Notes under the pieces: model-generated | Databases searched by the model: none | Told to the model about the DNA's origin: nothing | What the model saw: the letters and a program-made list of their open reading frames with translations, nothing else | Shown here: positions 40,579 to 53,560 of the stretch, one piece after another | Layout of the letters: the number at the start of each line of letters is the position of its first letter | Numbering within the stretch: the first letter of the stretch is position 1 | Source of the DNA: Chrysomallon squamiferum | Taxonomy: Eukaryota; Animalia; Mollusca | Length of the DNA stretch: 64,000 nt | Reading direction: 5' to 3' | NCBI GenBank assembly: GCA_012295275.1 | Contig: CM022671.1 | Location: 25,482,001-25,546,000, forward strand | Made by a program: the position numbers and the translations under genes

Positions 40579-41387
40579 TTGTTATTTAAACATGTACACA
40601 GCATGAGAGAACTGCAATATGAAATACTGTTTATGAAAAAAAATGATGTTTTTAGTGAAAAGAAAACTGAACTGTATAGTGTCTGATTGTACTATAAGTG
40701 CATGTATCTATGCATGACATTGTTTCTACATGCATGGATTAGTTTCCATGTATGCATGTTAGGAACAGCTCCAGACAATGAATTCACGTTATGTTAGAAT
40801 TCACATCACTGTCAGTGTGTAAACCGAATTAAAGTGTTAATTCTTTCTGCGACACTGACAGAAAATACACTGTTTTTAATTAAATCCTCACCAAACTTAA
40901 TAAAACAAATTTACTTTTTAAATGAAATCACAACTGAACATTCTAGTAATAAAGTAATTAACTGAATTAGTGAAATTACAGATTTCTCTGTCTCTTCAAA
41001 TTACTTTACAACCTAAATAACAATAAAATAATAATAAAAGTAATAATAATAATAATAAATAATAATAATAATAATAACAACAATAATAATAATACTGCAA
41101 AGATTGGTCATTATAATCTCATTTATAATACTGAAAATCATAATAAAAATGACAGTAATGTTGCAGATGATGATTTAATAGAAAACAAATTATAACAATT
41201 ATAATAATAACAATGATGATGATATAGATGATATTGATAATAATGATGATATTACTAAAAATAATGACAATAATATTAATGATGATAATGATAATCATAA
41301 TTATATGATGATCATCACCATATATCAATGATAATAATGTTCATGATGATGATGATGATGATAAGAATAATGATTTTATAAACTCAC

Positions 41388-41442
41388 CTGTTTTTGAAAA
41401 TATTTCTTTGTGTCTCTCTTCATCATGTGGCCATCTGCTTCT
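41388..41442 (-). CDS. 55-nt exon with unresolved frame (READGHMMKRDTKKYFQKQ or RSRWPHDEERHKEIFSKT)
   Basis: ttttttttgtgtag| acceptor and CAG|gtgagt donor; two frames are open. Confidence 0.6.
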
Positions 41443-42745
41443 CTACACAAAAAAAAGCTGACTGGAAAAAAATTCTCTTTTCTATCAAACTTCACTATTT
41501 TATTTCTCTCATTCTTTCTGATAGGCCAACCTGAGATTAACAGACTGCTTAAATGGAGCTACAATAACACAGCAATCAAAATGGAACACATGGCGACGCA
41601 TGCATTATCCAAAATCATTATAAGCTTCGACAATCAATTATATACCAAACAAGTATTACACCACAATGTCAAAAATGCATTATCAGTGTTATATAAATGA
41701 TATATAAGTATACAGATGGATCCTGTAATGGAGTATCATTGTCTATACTGACCAAACATGGGTTGGGTCAAATATCTGAATTAATCCTATTGACACAAGT
41801 GCACGGTATTCAAACAATGTCACCAGAATTAAATGTAATTCATTTTATGTCACTGTAGTTTTCAGGTGGACAAGAAAACTTGTAAAGTTTGTATTTTTGT
41901 GGGGATTTTTAAATTTTGTTAGATTTCTTTTTTTTTTTTACTGTTATTTTTTTCTTATCAGTATACATTCTTTAATAGTGCACCTCATTTAGTAACTAAG
42001 GTTAGAGAAGAATTTTTCTCTAAAGGTACATATTTATAGATCTACATATCAACAGTAATGTTCGATTAAGTTAATGGAGCCATAAAACAGTAGACATGCA
42101 CATGAGTGTAATATAAACACACAAAGATAATCCATCGTAACTAATAATATACATGCACATGATGAAGATTGGTAAAAAAATACTGAAATGTATAATGCTG
42201 TTTACTTTACTGGTACATCTCCAAAAAAAATTCATGTTAGTAAACTAAAGAAGTTAATAAGCAAGCAAGCAAACAAAGAAAGAAAGAGAATGAAAAAGTC
42301 AGAAAGACAAAAATAAAAAATTAGCAAGCAAGCAAATAAATAAATAAATAAATAAATTACTGAAATTATTAAATTCCCATGCATTAAATAGATGGATAAA
42401 TGAATAAATAAATAGTAGGATATATAAATAATAAATAAATAAATTAATTAATTAATCAGTTTCCATACATTAAATAACAGGATACCTAAATAAATGAATA
42501 CATTTAAAGACTAAACCAACGAATACATTCAGGTGTTTGATACTGAATAGCTGTTGTTCTCTCTTTCTCTCCTTTTCCTCTCTTTACTTCATACAAACTC
42601 CAGTGTTTTTCATTTGTTTTCTTGATGGTAGTACATGTAAGATATCAGTACTATCTAGGAATCTAGGAAAAGATCTCAGTATGTCCCAACTGGCCAACTG
42701 CAAATAATTATAATTTCCCCACCCCCATGAAATAAAATGGCCTAC

Positions 42746-42917
42746 CTGAAGAGTCTTGGACTCACACTTCTAGGTCTTGATATGTTGCTGGCATCCACTG
42801 ATGATGATGTTCTGTTGTCATGGAGATGTGATGATGTAGATGATGTTCTCTCTTGGAAATGAGATGAGGATAACGATCTGACTTTATTGGATGTTCCTTC
42901 AGATGCTGGGGTATAAA
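42746..42917 (-). CDS. Host gene exon (VYTPASEGTSNKVRSLSSS...RPRSVSPRLF), phase 1-2
   Basis: ttttaacag| acceptor and AG|gtaggc donor; 172 nt, open, Ser-rich. Confidence 0.85.
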
Positions 42918-44135
42918 CTGTTAAAAAAAAGTAAACAGAAATAAAATGGCATACTGTAATACATATGTAATTTATAAATAGTAAAGTAGAATAATATAAT
43001 GTAACATAATGAACTAGATCATAATGTAATGCAGCGTAAAAAAATGTATAATGTAATGTTACACAATGTAATATAGGTTCATGGAATATAATACCATGTA
43101 ATGTAATAGAATAAAATTTGCATTATATAATTTTACATAATGTAACATTATATACTGTAGCATTTCAGTACATGTTTTTTGTGTAATATAATGTAACAAT
43201 GTAACAAACAGTGTAACTAATCATAATGTAAAACAGTAACAGAAATAATGTAACATTAAAGGATGTAAAATACCATAATCTAAAATTAAGAGAGCATGTA
43301 ATGAATGTAGCACTATATATATATATATATATATACATAATATGATATAAGTTTATGAGAGTGGAAAAAACATATACATTTTTTTTAATAACAAATTATG
43401 GAATATGAATTTGCCCAGTAAAATAAAGATTTTGGTGCTTGTATCTTGTGTGTGTTAGAGTATGCACATGGGTGCTTGTGTATGAACATGCATGTGTGCT
43501 ACAACCATGTGAATTTCTGTTATCACTAATTTATTTTTAGTTTCAAAATTAATATTTTATTTTTGCTGAATCTGATGTAATTAATTCTTTTCTAACAATA
43601 TATTTAGATTCAAGGCTTTGTTGCTTTTCAAATAATATTAAGGATTTTATTATTATAACCTTTATTATTATTATTATTATTATATTTTTATAGATATGCA
43701 GCAAAGACACAATGTAAAAGATTATCTCAAGAGATTTACACCATATAAGATTGGATGTAATTAATTACTGTGCTGATGACATCATGTATATTTAAATATT
43801 ACAGTGGTTAATCTTCTGAGAGGACAATAGAATTTCATTTTGATAACAACAAACACTGTATTATGACAAAGAATGAAGAAATGAAGTCAATAATATTTTA
43901 TGTCTGATGTGTTCATAGGTAAATGAGGAATGTACATGTCTGAGCATAGCTGTGTGCATATGCATACACATGTAAAGAAATTTCTTACAGTTTTTATGAC
44001 ATCCATTTACATGGCAATTTATATTTCAGTGAAAAACAATATCAATGAAAGAAATAAACAAATATTATTAAAAACAAAAGTTACAAAAAGAAGAAATATT
44101 AATAAGTAAAATATTAAAATAAATAAATTAAAAAA

Positions 44136-44195
<60 letters not shown>

Positions 44196-44267
44196 GTAAT
44201 AAATCCACAGTGCACTAAAGTATAGAAAACAATATTTTACCCATCAGTTGACTGTTATTAAACATAC

Positions 44268-44348
44268 CTGTTTTGGTCTTTGTGATGCTACTTTCTTTAG
44301 AACTTCTGCTAAGAATTCCATGTGATGATTCTGACTTCGGTAAGGAAA
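44268..44348 (-). CDS. Host gene exon (FSLPKSESSHGILSRSSKESSITKTKT), phase 1-1
   Basis: tttttcag| acceptor and G|gtatgt donor; 81 nt, open. Confidence 0.85.
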
Positions 44349-44364
44349 CTGAAAAATATAGTTA

Positions 44365-44580
44365 TTATTATTATCATTTTGTTTTGTTTGTTAATGATAA
44401 TGTCTTTTTCACTAAAGATTCTTTATTCATCCTGTATTTACATTCAATCATTCACATCATTCATTTATTCATAATCATATAAAACATTTCTTAGAATTTT
44501 TATTATTAACCATAAATTAAAAAGACAGAAAAACTTATTTATATGTTCTATTTATTTAAAAATAAATTGATTTAATCTAT
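44365..44580 (-). repeat. Inverted partner of element 31517-31700
   Basis: Reverse-complement alignment by eye; carries a ~25-30 nt insertion relative to the 31.5-kb copy. Confidence 0.8.
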
Positions 44581-45023
44581 TTTATCAATAATGGATAAAT
44601 ATTTCTAATTGTTATCATCAATTTTAATGATGCTGATGTTGTTGTTATTATTAGTCTTAATCAGGCAAATATCACTGATCCAAATAAAAAATAAAAACCA
44701 CAGAATTAATTGTTAATCAGGCACAGAAATATGTCTTCAGAAACTGAATTTTAAAAAAAAAAAAATTTAACATGTCTTAATCATTTTAATAATAATAATA
44801 AAATAATATTATAATATAAAAAAAAAATAATAATAATAATACTGAAAAGGATAAAATAAAAAAAAGTACCAAGTTTCTATAGAAACAATTCTCTAATTAT
44901 CTTGTGACATTTTAATAATGATAAAAAAATAATAATAATAAAAAAATTATAATTATAACAAAACATTTTTATTAAATGAAAATTTTATGGATGAATTAAC
45001 TTCAAGAAACCTGTTTCACTTAC

Positions 45024-45272
45024 AAGTGGATGGCATGGTTGGAAGAACTTTCTTGGCAGGAGAGCTCTTTGCTGGTTTTGAACCCACTCCTGACTGCTTC
45101 ACCATCAGGTCTTGAAAGCGAGACTCGAAATCCTCTGTCTTCACAGAGCCAAAGTCACTTCCGAAGCCAGCCGACATTCTGAAGCTGGAAAAACTAGGAG
45201 CTGGTCTCTGTTTGGCTGGAGACTGTCCTGAGGCTTGGACAGTCTTAGAATGTGGTGGAAGATCACCTGGAC
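45024..45272 (-). CDS. Host gene exon (GPGDLPPHSK...SDFGSVKTEDFESRFQDLM...PTMPST), phase 1-1
   Basis: aatcag|GT acceptor and T|gtaagt donor; 249 nt, open. Confidence 0.9.
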
Positions 45273-46289
45273 CTGATTTTTGAAAATATTGTACAGTTTA
45301 GAATATATTTATATATATATATATATCTATACAGTTTATAAATTTGTGATTTATAGACTGTTAGTCTGTGTCATATTAATGGTTATGTATATGTCACGGT
45401 GAAAGTTAAATAGTTTATAGAGTATACAGTTGCAAAATGTATATTTTAAAGTATGCAGATTTGTAGTAATATATTAATGGTGTGTAATTTAAGGTATGTA
45501 CTTTGTTCAGTTTAACTTTTGAGATTGCTAATTTTTAGTTATTTAATGCTGAAAAGAGTAACATGTACATTTCAGAAGAAGTTGAATAATTTAGGTTATA
45601 AACCTTGTTAAAATTAGACTTTTAAAGATTGGTAATTTTTAAGTACATTAATTGCGATATCAGAATTATATATACAACAATGAAAGTTAAGTAATTTGGG
45701 ATATAATAGCTAGTAAAATTTAATTTTAAAGATTGTTAATTTGCAGTTATTAATGTTGAAAACATAAAACTATAGACAACAGTGAAAGTTTATTAATTTC
45801 ATATCATATACAGAGCTCATAAAATTAAAATTTTTATTTATTTTCAATTTATTAATGTCAAGAATGTCAGTTTAGGAAATGTATATAACATAAATAAAAT
45901 AATGAATGCAATTTTTAAAAACATTTTTAATTATTTGTTTAATCTTGAAAAATATCACTTTACAATAATGCTTATTATAAACAGAAAATACACCAATTAA
46001 ATAGTATCAAAATACATACATACATACATATACTAAAACACACACACACACACACACACACACATAAGAATGATCTAAGAAAAATTATTATACATTCTAA
46101 ATATAAAAACCAACAGAAAAGTTAACAACACAAATACATAAAATCCTTATGAGGTAAAGAATCAATTATTTATATATAATCTCTTCAGAAATTGAATTTA
46201 AGAAAACAAAATGATAATGATAATCATAATCATAATATTATAAAATGAAAAATAAATAAATAATAATAATAAAGCACTGATTATTTTAT

Positions 46290-46404
46290 TCCTTTCTAGA
46301 GATATAATTCTCTAATGACCTTGTAACTTTCAATAATAATAAAAAAAAAAAAAAAAATTATAATAAAATATTATCTAATGAAAATATATGGATAAATTAC
46401 TTCA
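46290..46404 (+). repeat. Direct diverged copy of 44872-45004
   Basis: AATTCTCTAAT..C.TGT.AC.TT.AATAAT...AATGAAAAT.TATGGAT.AATTA.CTTCA is shared between the two positions. Confidence 0.6.
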
Positions 46405-48122
46405 GTTTTCAGCACACATACATTAAAAAAAATCATTATTTATTCATGAATTACCTGTTATATTTTGATTATGACTAAACAAATTACTTACAAAATATAT
46501 ATTTTTTAAATCATAATGTATTAACTATGTTTTAATACTGATTACAAAAAGAAAATTATAATAAAACGTGCATGTATATATTATAAACATTTAAGGCTAC
46601 ATTATTTATTTCTCCCTGTACAAAAAATCATAATTTATTAATTATAATGTTTTAATAATAACTATTCAAATAAAATTATTTCAGTTTTCTCTATACATAA
46701 TTTTAAAAAATCAATAACAATAATAATAATAACAATAATAGTAATAATAATGATAATAAATAATAATAATAATAATAATACAAAAATCATAATTTATTAA
46801 TTAATTTTCTTTTATGTTTTAATAATAACTACAAAAACAAAATTAATGTAGTTTCCTCTGTACAAAGAAGAAAAAAAAAAAAAAAAAGAAAATAAAAATA
46901 AATCATAATTTATTAACTAATTATAATTTTTGTTCTTTTCACAAATGAACAACCCAGAAGGACATATAAGATTGTTAAGAAAGCGATAATGGAAATAACA
47001 GCCGGACTTCCTGCTTAAAATTCGGTAGTAATAAAGTGAAATGAGAGAATCAATAACAATGGCAGCAAACACAAGCTGACTTGTCAGTGACACGCACTGC
47101 TTGAAATGTGCAGAGTGAAAACACCAGCTGACACTGCACAGGTATCCGTGACATTCGGGAACTGAATTTCAGCTTAGGGAAACAGTTAGCTTTATGTTTC
47201 AAATACAACCACATCAGAGCTGGAGATGTCTTGATAATAATAACAATAATCATCATCATCATCATCATCATTATCATCATTATCATTATAGTCAATGATG
47301 GAAATGGGTTTTAGGAACAAGGGATACACTAAAATCCAAAGGACAGAAGAGGGTGGATGCTATAAGCCCCTCAGTGAAAACTGGTTTGTAATCTGAAACT
47401 GCAGTTGATTACTGACTGCAAAATAATTAGAAAAAGTACTGAATTATCTATTACCTACCACAATTAAGGCTGAATGTTACAATTTCTAATACATGAGGAT
47501 AATATAAAAAGATCCTAAATTTACAATGTGTAAAGGCATCTTAAAGTAAAACTATGCTATGGAACACACTCAAGCTACTGTACTGAATTACTGCGAGCAC
47601 GCTAATCACCTAGCTAGCTTGGTAGCGTGCACATCTCTAGATAAAGCTATTAATTCAGTAAAGAAATATTTAATTTTTGATAAGTTAAATTAATATATCT
47701 GTTGTTTTTGATAGCCATGTAAAAAATAAAAAATATAATCATAAAAAATAAACATTCATTTTAATTGCTAGAAAAAATGACAAAGGAGAGATAACAGACA
47801 TCTCTAATTCCATAATAGTACAGAAATTGGATATAAACAGGAAAATAAAAAGGAAGAGAAAACTCTCCTCCATTTCCATCACTGATTATTATAAGCTGTA
47901 GATGAAAATGTGAGTAATAGTTTGTTTGTGTGACAAAAGTAGCTTAGTATATCTTTGTTTCATAAGGTTATTGTGTTACAGTTAGCAGTCTGTGTTTATG
48001 TAAGATTATTGTTACCAACAGAGACAATGCTGAGCTTCATGAAATGTGAACTATACAACTGCAGTATGTGAAAGCCAAGGAATAATGCATTGTGTGTACA
48101 GGTATGTACACACATATTCACA

Positions 48123-48170
<48 letters not shown>

Positions 48171-51100
48171 CTCTCTCTCTCTCTATCACATATACAAACT
48201 CACATATGTACAGACAAAACCATATACATATATATGTGTGTGTGTGTGTGTGTGTGTTTATGTGTTTGTATGTTTGTGTTTATGTATATGTGATTAATTA
48301 TGTATCATCACTATGTGTGGATGGATGTGAAAGTCTGCACAAAACATTCATTATCTTATACCTCATCTTGAACGCCTCAGAATTAGTAGCAGTAAAATTC
48401 ACTATCAATACTGAAAACCATTCATTGATTTATAAGCACATACTGTATCAAGATGAATATTATATATTATATATGTGTGACTAATACCATCTTAATAAAT
48501 GAGTATTTTGAATACATCTTCGTAGAATAAACATCAGAGAAAATAAATCAGACCATAATTAATTATATTATGTTTTTGTGCATATGTACACACAAGTGTA
48601 TTAGTGCGATATATATACATATTATGTCAATGTGTACGTGTCATTTTATGTGCAAAAATCCACATATATAAATGCCTGTGCATTTGCGTTTAACTCATAT
48701 ATGAATTTGTGCAAGGTGGGAAGTGGGAATATTGAGTGTGTGGACATGCATGAATAGGCAAATGCATTTATGTATGTCTGTGCATGCCCATGCATTAGTG
48801 GAAAATTAATGTGTGCTGATTAGAAACACAAAGTCACAAAAGCAGGCAAGTGTTAAAAAGGCAACATTAACGAGAAACAACATTAGTTATTACCAACTGA
48901 AAACAGTGGTGTAGTAAATAGTTTTTCAATACTTCAGTACTTATTAATTTAATTAAAGGTAGAAAGATTAATTGATATTAACTTGCAGAGTAATTGCTAA
49001 TTTTTTCTATTTTAAGTGCTTCAAAATGTGTTTTCAAAATGGTCATGGGAAATCAATGTGAAGTGCCACAAAAATATCACTTTTATCAAACCTTTATGGG
49101 TGCTTTGTGGCACTCTGAAGGAAACCTGTAGACCTCTAGGTAGCTGATAACTTTGATAATGATGTTTTTTATTCCTTGGTCTTGAAGCTGATAAATTATA
49201 CACTAATATATATCATCAAAGAAAACTATAACAGATAATTTAAATTATGAAAATGATAAAAAATATAAATATATATATTTCTATATTTTAAGTTCCAGAA
49301 CCCAAAATAATGTTTACCATAATAAAATAATGTTATAGGATGTCTTTAAAAACATATCTTAAAAAAAAAAGATTTAATTTTTTTTTTTTAAATGATTATT
49401 TAATTTAATTATGTGTTAAATGATTATACACAATACATATTAGGTAAAAAGGTACATTAAACTGAAAAATGGTAGATCATATATTAAAATGAGAGGACTG
49501 CAGAAGGCTAAATGATTTCTTGGTCAAAGGTCAAGTTCAGTGTTTTCAAAATTAAGAATATATTATTCCTAATGCTTTGGTTTTTCTTTTTTCTTTTTTT
49601 CAGTGGGGTTGTTGTTGTTGTTGTTTTTGAGGATTAACAATATTACATTACAAAGAAAATAATATCGGTATGTTGAATTAGACAATATCATAAAATCACA
49701 CCCAGATAAATGTAAATACAGATTTACATTCTTCATCCCTCACAACTATTTTAGTAAAAGAAAAAAAAAAAATCTGATCTTGTTTCCCATTTAAAAAAGT
49801 GCTCTAAAAACTAATCTGTATGCAGTTCTGGTACAACAAAGATTTATATATATAAAAAAGACACTATCCTCAAATTCAAAGGAATAATTTGTAATTTATC
49901 AGTGATCTGTTAGATAAATATTTCTTTACTTTTTTTATTGTTTTGTTGAGAACTAATAAAATTATCATAATTCTAATTTACATATATATTGTTTTGTATA
50001 AATAAATAAAAACAAAAATTCATAAATTATATAAAATAACTAAATAAAACAATATAATTAAATTAACATAAAATAAATAAATATATAAATAAGTACTTTT
50101 TTAAATTAATAAAATAAATACTAACATTTTTTTTTAAATAATAATTTATATAAATAAATAAATGAAAACAAATAACCAGACAAATAATAAACAAAAAAAT
50201 ACATATATATATAAACAAATAAACACAAACTAAGACAATAAAGAAGAAATATATAACATGAACAGTTAATTTCCAATACATTTTTCCACAAACACCACTA
50301 CACTAGTTGTAGAAATTACTAATGTTAATATAATATTTCCTAAAATAGAAAACAATCAAAGGGGATTACTTCTAATACCTGAACAACACAAATACAGCTT
50401 TCTTAACAACAAACAACAGTTTAATCTTTTCTCATCATTATGTCTTCTTAAAATATAAAACAGTAATAAAAATATAATAACAATATAATAATAATAATAG
50501 CAATACTAATAACAATAAAACAACAATAACAATAATAATAGTAATAATAATAAATAATAAATAATAATAATAATAATAACAGCAATAATAATAATAAAAT
50601 ATAATAATAAATACAACAACAACAGTAATAATAATTATTATTATTAAAATTTAAAGAACTTAACATTGCAGATATTGTTTGTTTACATTTGTTTTGGGGG
50701 TTTTGGGGGGGGTTTTGTGTGGTTTTTTTAAGATATATGACAACAATTATGAGAAATTTGATAAAATGTAGCATTAGTTACTTATTTTATTTATTTTAAA
50801 AATAGTATCTTAACAGATAAATAATAAAACATGTAATTAGAAAGTAAGATAAAAATTCTTGTTTATTTATTAATAATCAGTAGTTACCTATTATTATTCA
50901 AAGATTTGCCTTAAGCTTCTTTTCTGTTTTTGAAGTGAAAATAATCAGGTAATGTAATGTAATGAAATGAAATGAAATTTTATAATTGTTTAATATCAGT
51001 CATTTATACTTACATAATGATGAAATAATAGGATAAATCAGTTCCTATTGAGGGTTACTCTTACCAAATAGCAGAACATTTCCGTTTACATATATACCTT

Positions 51101-51598
51101 CTCACTGGTGGAAACCACCATGGTATTTTGTAAAGGATTTACAGTCCACTACTGTAAATAATAACTAGTTAAATGGACATCCCAAGGAAATAAAATTTAG
51201 TAGTTGGCTTTTTGACAGTTGTTTATTATTAACAAAAATCATTAATATCTTATTTAAATGTATTGGAAGATGTTAATATATGTTATATTCCCATCCAAAT
51301 TTTTATTTAAAAAAAAAAAATGTTTTTAATACAAATTTCTGCAGTATAACATGTTATATGATGCTATAAAATGCAAAAAAATATCTTATACACTGTATGT
51401 ATGTATATGCATGCATACACACACACACACACAAACACACAAACACACAAGCATACAGACACACATACAACAATGATGATGTAGGAGGCTTAAAGCACAC
51501 ACAAAACAAGAGGGTTTTGTTACATCAGGTTTGGTTGAGTATACAGAGCTAGGAGGGTATATATAGACTGGTTATATCTCCACCACCATGCAATTTAC

Positions 51599-51718
51599 CT
51601 GCTACATATTTTCTATTTCCAACCATCGTTGCTTTAAATTTCTCTTCAAAATCCTCAGTTTTAACAGAAGTCACATCACTTGCTGAAACTGGGGCCCTCA
51701 GACCTTCCAAATAACCAC
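51599..51718 (-). CDS. Host gene exon (GGYLEGLRAPVSASDVTSVKTEDFEEKFKATM...YVA), phase 1-1
   Basis: cctcag|GT acceptor and G|gtaaat donor; 120 nt, open. Confidence 0.88.
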
Positions 51719-52059
51719 CTGAGGTAGAATTTTGTTTATTTGAAATACAGGCAGAATTTTATTTATTGAAATTCAGTAAAACTGAGTTTACTGAATTTCA
51801 TTAGAATTATATTTACTGAATTTTAGCCCTTTTTGTACCTGTGCATACTTGTTTCAATTATATATACATATTTTTGAAATTACAGCATATAAGAATCTGG
51901 GTTTTTTTATTTCTTTGAAAGTCACTGGAGCGAATGAATTTGTTTATTTCAATATTAACAGTTCTTTTTACTTTCCCACATTTCAGTATTAACAGTTCTT
52001 AAGTTTCAGTCATAATTTACGTTTCTTTTATAATGACAATAATGTGAGAGATTAAAACA

Positions 52060-52130
52060 TGTTGCTGTCACTAAAGGAGACACTCCTTGGCAGCAAGGAA
52101 TTTTTCATAATCACCTTCCCATGGACAGGA
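52060..52130 (-). mobile_element. SINE-like dispersed repeat fragment (reverse orientation)
   Basis: Reverse complement TCCTGTCCATGGGAAGGTGA..AAAAATTCCTTGCTGCC matches the copies at 33130 and 35320. Confidence 0.4.
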
Positions 52131-52801
52131 GAAATGATGGAAAGGAAAATATCTGAAATGGGACACTGGGTAATGTTTTGGGGAGGGGATATCTGAAAAT
52201 GTAGATGGTAAAATAATCATAATGAAGAATATATGAAGATAAGATAATGAATATTGAGAACTATAGATTTAAAAAAATTAAAAAAATAAAAAAATAAAAA
52301 TAAAACAAACTCAGTCTTATTAATCATTTTGCACATGATTATACCATTTTTTTGCATGTTAAGAAATTTTAATAAGCCAGAAGCCATAATTACATCCCCT
52401 TATTTTGTGCAGATGATCTAAAAATATACATAAACGTTTTTTTTTTTTTTAATATAATTGAATTTATATCATCTCAGAAGTTTTATTAACCACAGGGATA
52501 GGGTCTCTTTCATTTAGGTACTGATTTTTGTTTTTGCTGGGACTGTTAGTTTTTGCTGTTGGAGTTTATTCTTATAGTTTTCCTTGCAGTTCATTCATTT
52601 ACACCTGAATTTTTACTATTATTATTTTTCAATATTATAACATTTTCCTTTTTTAGTTTATTTCAAACCATCTGCAGTGGTAAATATTTACATGTAAGCT
52701 CTACACTAGCTAAGAATATAAAGAAGCTGAACTGAAAGATGGAGAAAATTCAGTTGTAAAAAAAAAAAAAAAAAAAGTACAGTGTCTCTTGAAAAAAGTA
52801 C

Positions 52802-52906
52802 CTCGTTTCTTGCGCATGATTTCCTTGAATTTTTCATCTATCTGCTGAGCTGCAATAGAGTCCAGGTCACTGTGATGGTCATCAGGTGGCCGGACTCCAT
52901 CATCTC
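52802..52906 (-). CDS. Host gene exon (GDDGVRPPDDHHSDLDSIAAQQIDEKFKEIMRKKR), phase 1-1
   Basis: ttttcag|GA acceptor and G|gtactt donor; 105 nt. Confidence 0.88.
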
Positions 52907-53240
52907 CTGAAAAGCAATGATATAAAATAAAAGATTCTTTTATAATTAACTGTGTGGTCACTACAGATATACACAGCAGAGACTCTTTATCACTCAGTGT
53001 GTAGTTTCCAATAAACCAACTTTAACAGGTACAGAGGAATTCAAAGTTATGATTACTGTAGCAATACTCAAAGAGGTTAAAACTGCAAGATGAAAAAAAA
53101 AATCAAAAAAAATCACTGATTCTAACAAAGAAAGAAACCAACAGAATGATGGCACTAGCTTTTCTCCTTGAGGTTTGACACTTAATAACCATCGGTACTA
53201 AATTATACTGAGATGAGGTGAAAGATTCCTCTATTGCTTT

Positions 53241-53436
53241 CAGTATTAATGACTCACCGTCTGTCATTTCATACAAAATATTCATCAACTGGGTTCAGTA
53301 TTAATGACTCACCATCTGTCATTTCATACAAAATATTCATCAACTGGGTTCAGTATTAATGATTCACCATTTGTCATTTCATACAAAATATTCATCAACT
53401 GTGTTCAGTATTAATGACTCACCGTCTGTCATTTCA
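53241..53436. repeat. 55-bp tandem repeat (3.5 copies) containing the donor of exon 53423-53560
   Basis: CAGTATTAATGACTCACC(G/A)TCTGTCATTTCA unit starts at 53241, 53296, 53351 and 53406. Confidence 0.92.
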
Positions 53437-53560
53437 GCCACATCACTGTATATCTGAGCTGAGCCGACTATCCTCTGATGTTCTGTGTCTTGTGCGGTCT
53501 CTTCCTGCATGCTGCCTGTGCCCAGACCAGTGTCCCGGTCAGAGCCCGTCACAGGCACAG
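53423..53560 (-). CDS. Host gene exon (AVPVTGSDRDTGLGTGSMQEE...VAEMTD), phase 1-1
   Basis: tttgtcag|CT acceptor and G|gtgagt donor; 138 nt. Confidence 0.88.

Noticed and set aside
47050-47295. 81-aa minus-strand ORF in a mildly CpG-rich patch
   Set aside because: It begins in an (ATG/ATC) repeat and lacks usable splice sites in phase with neighbouring exons.
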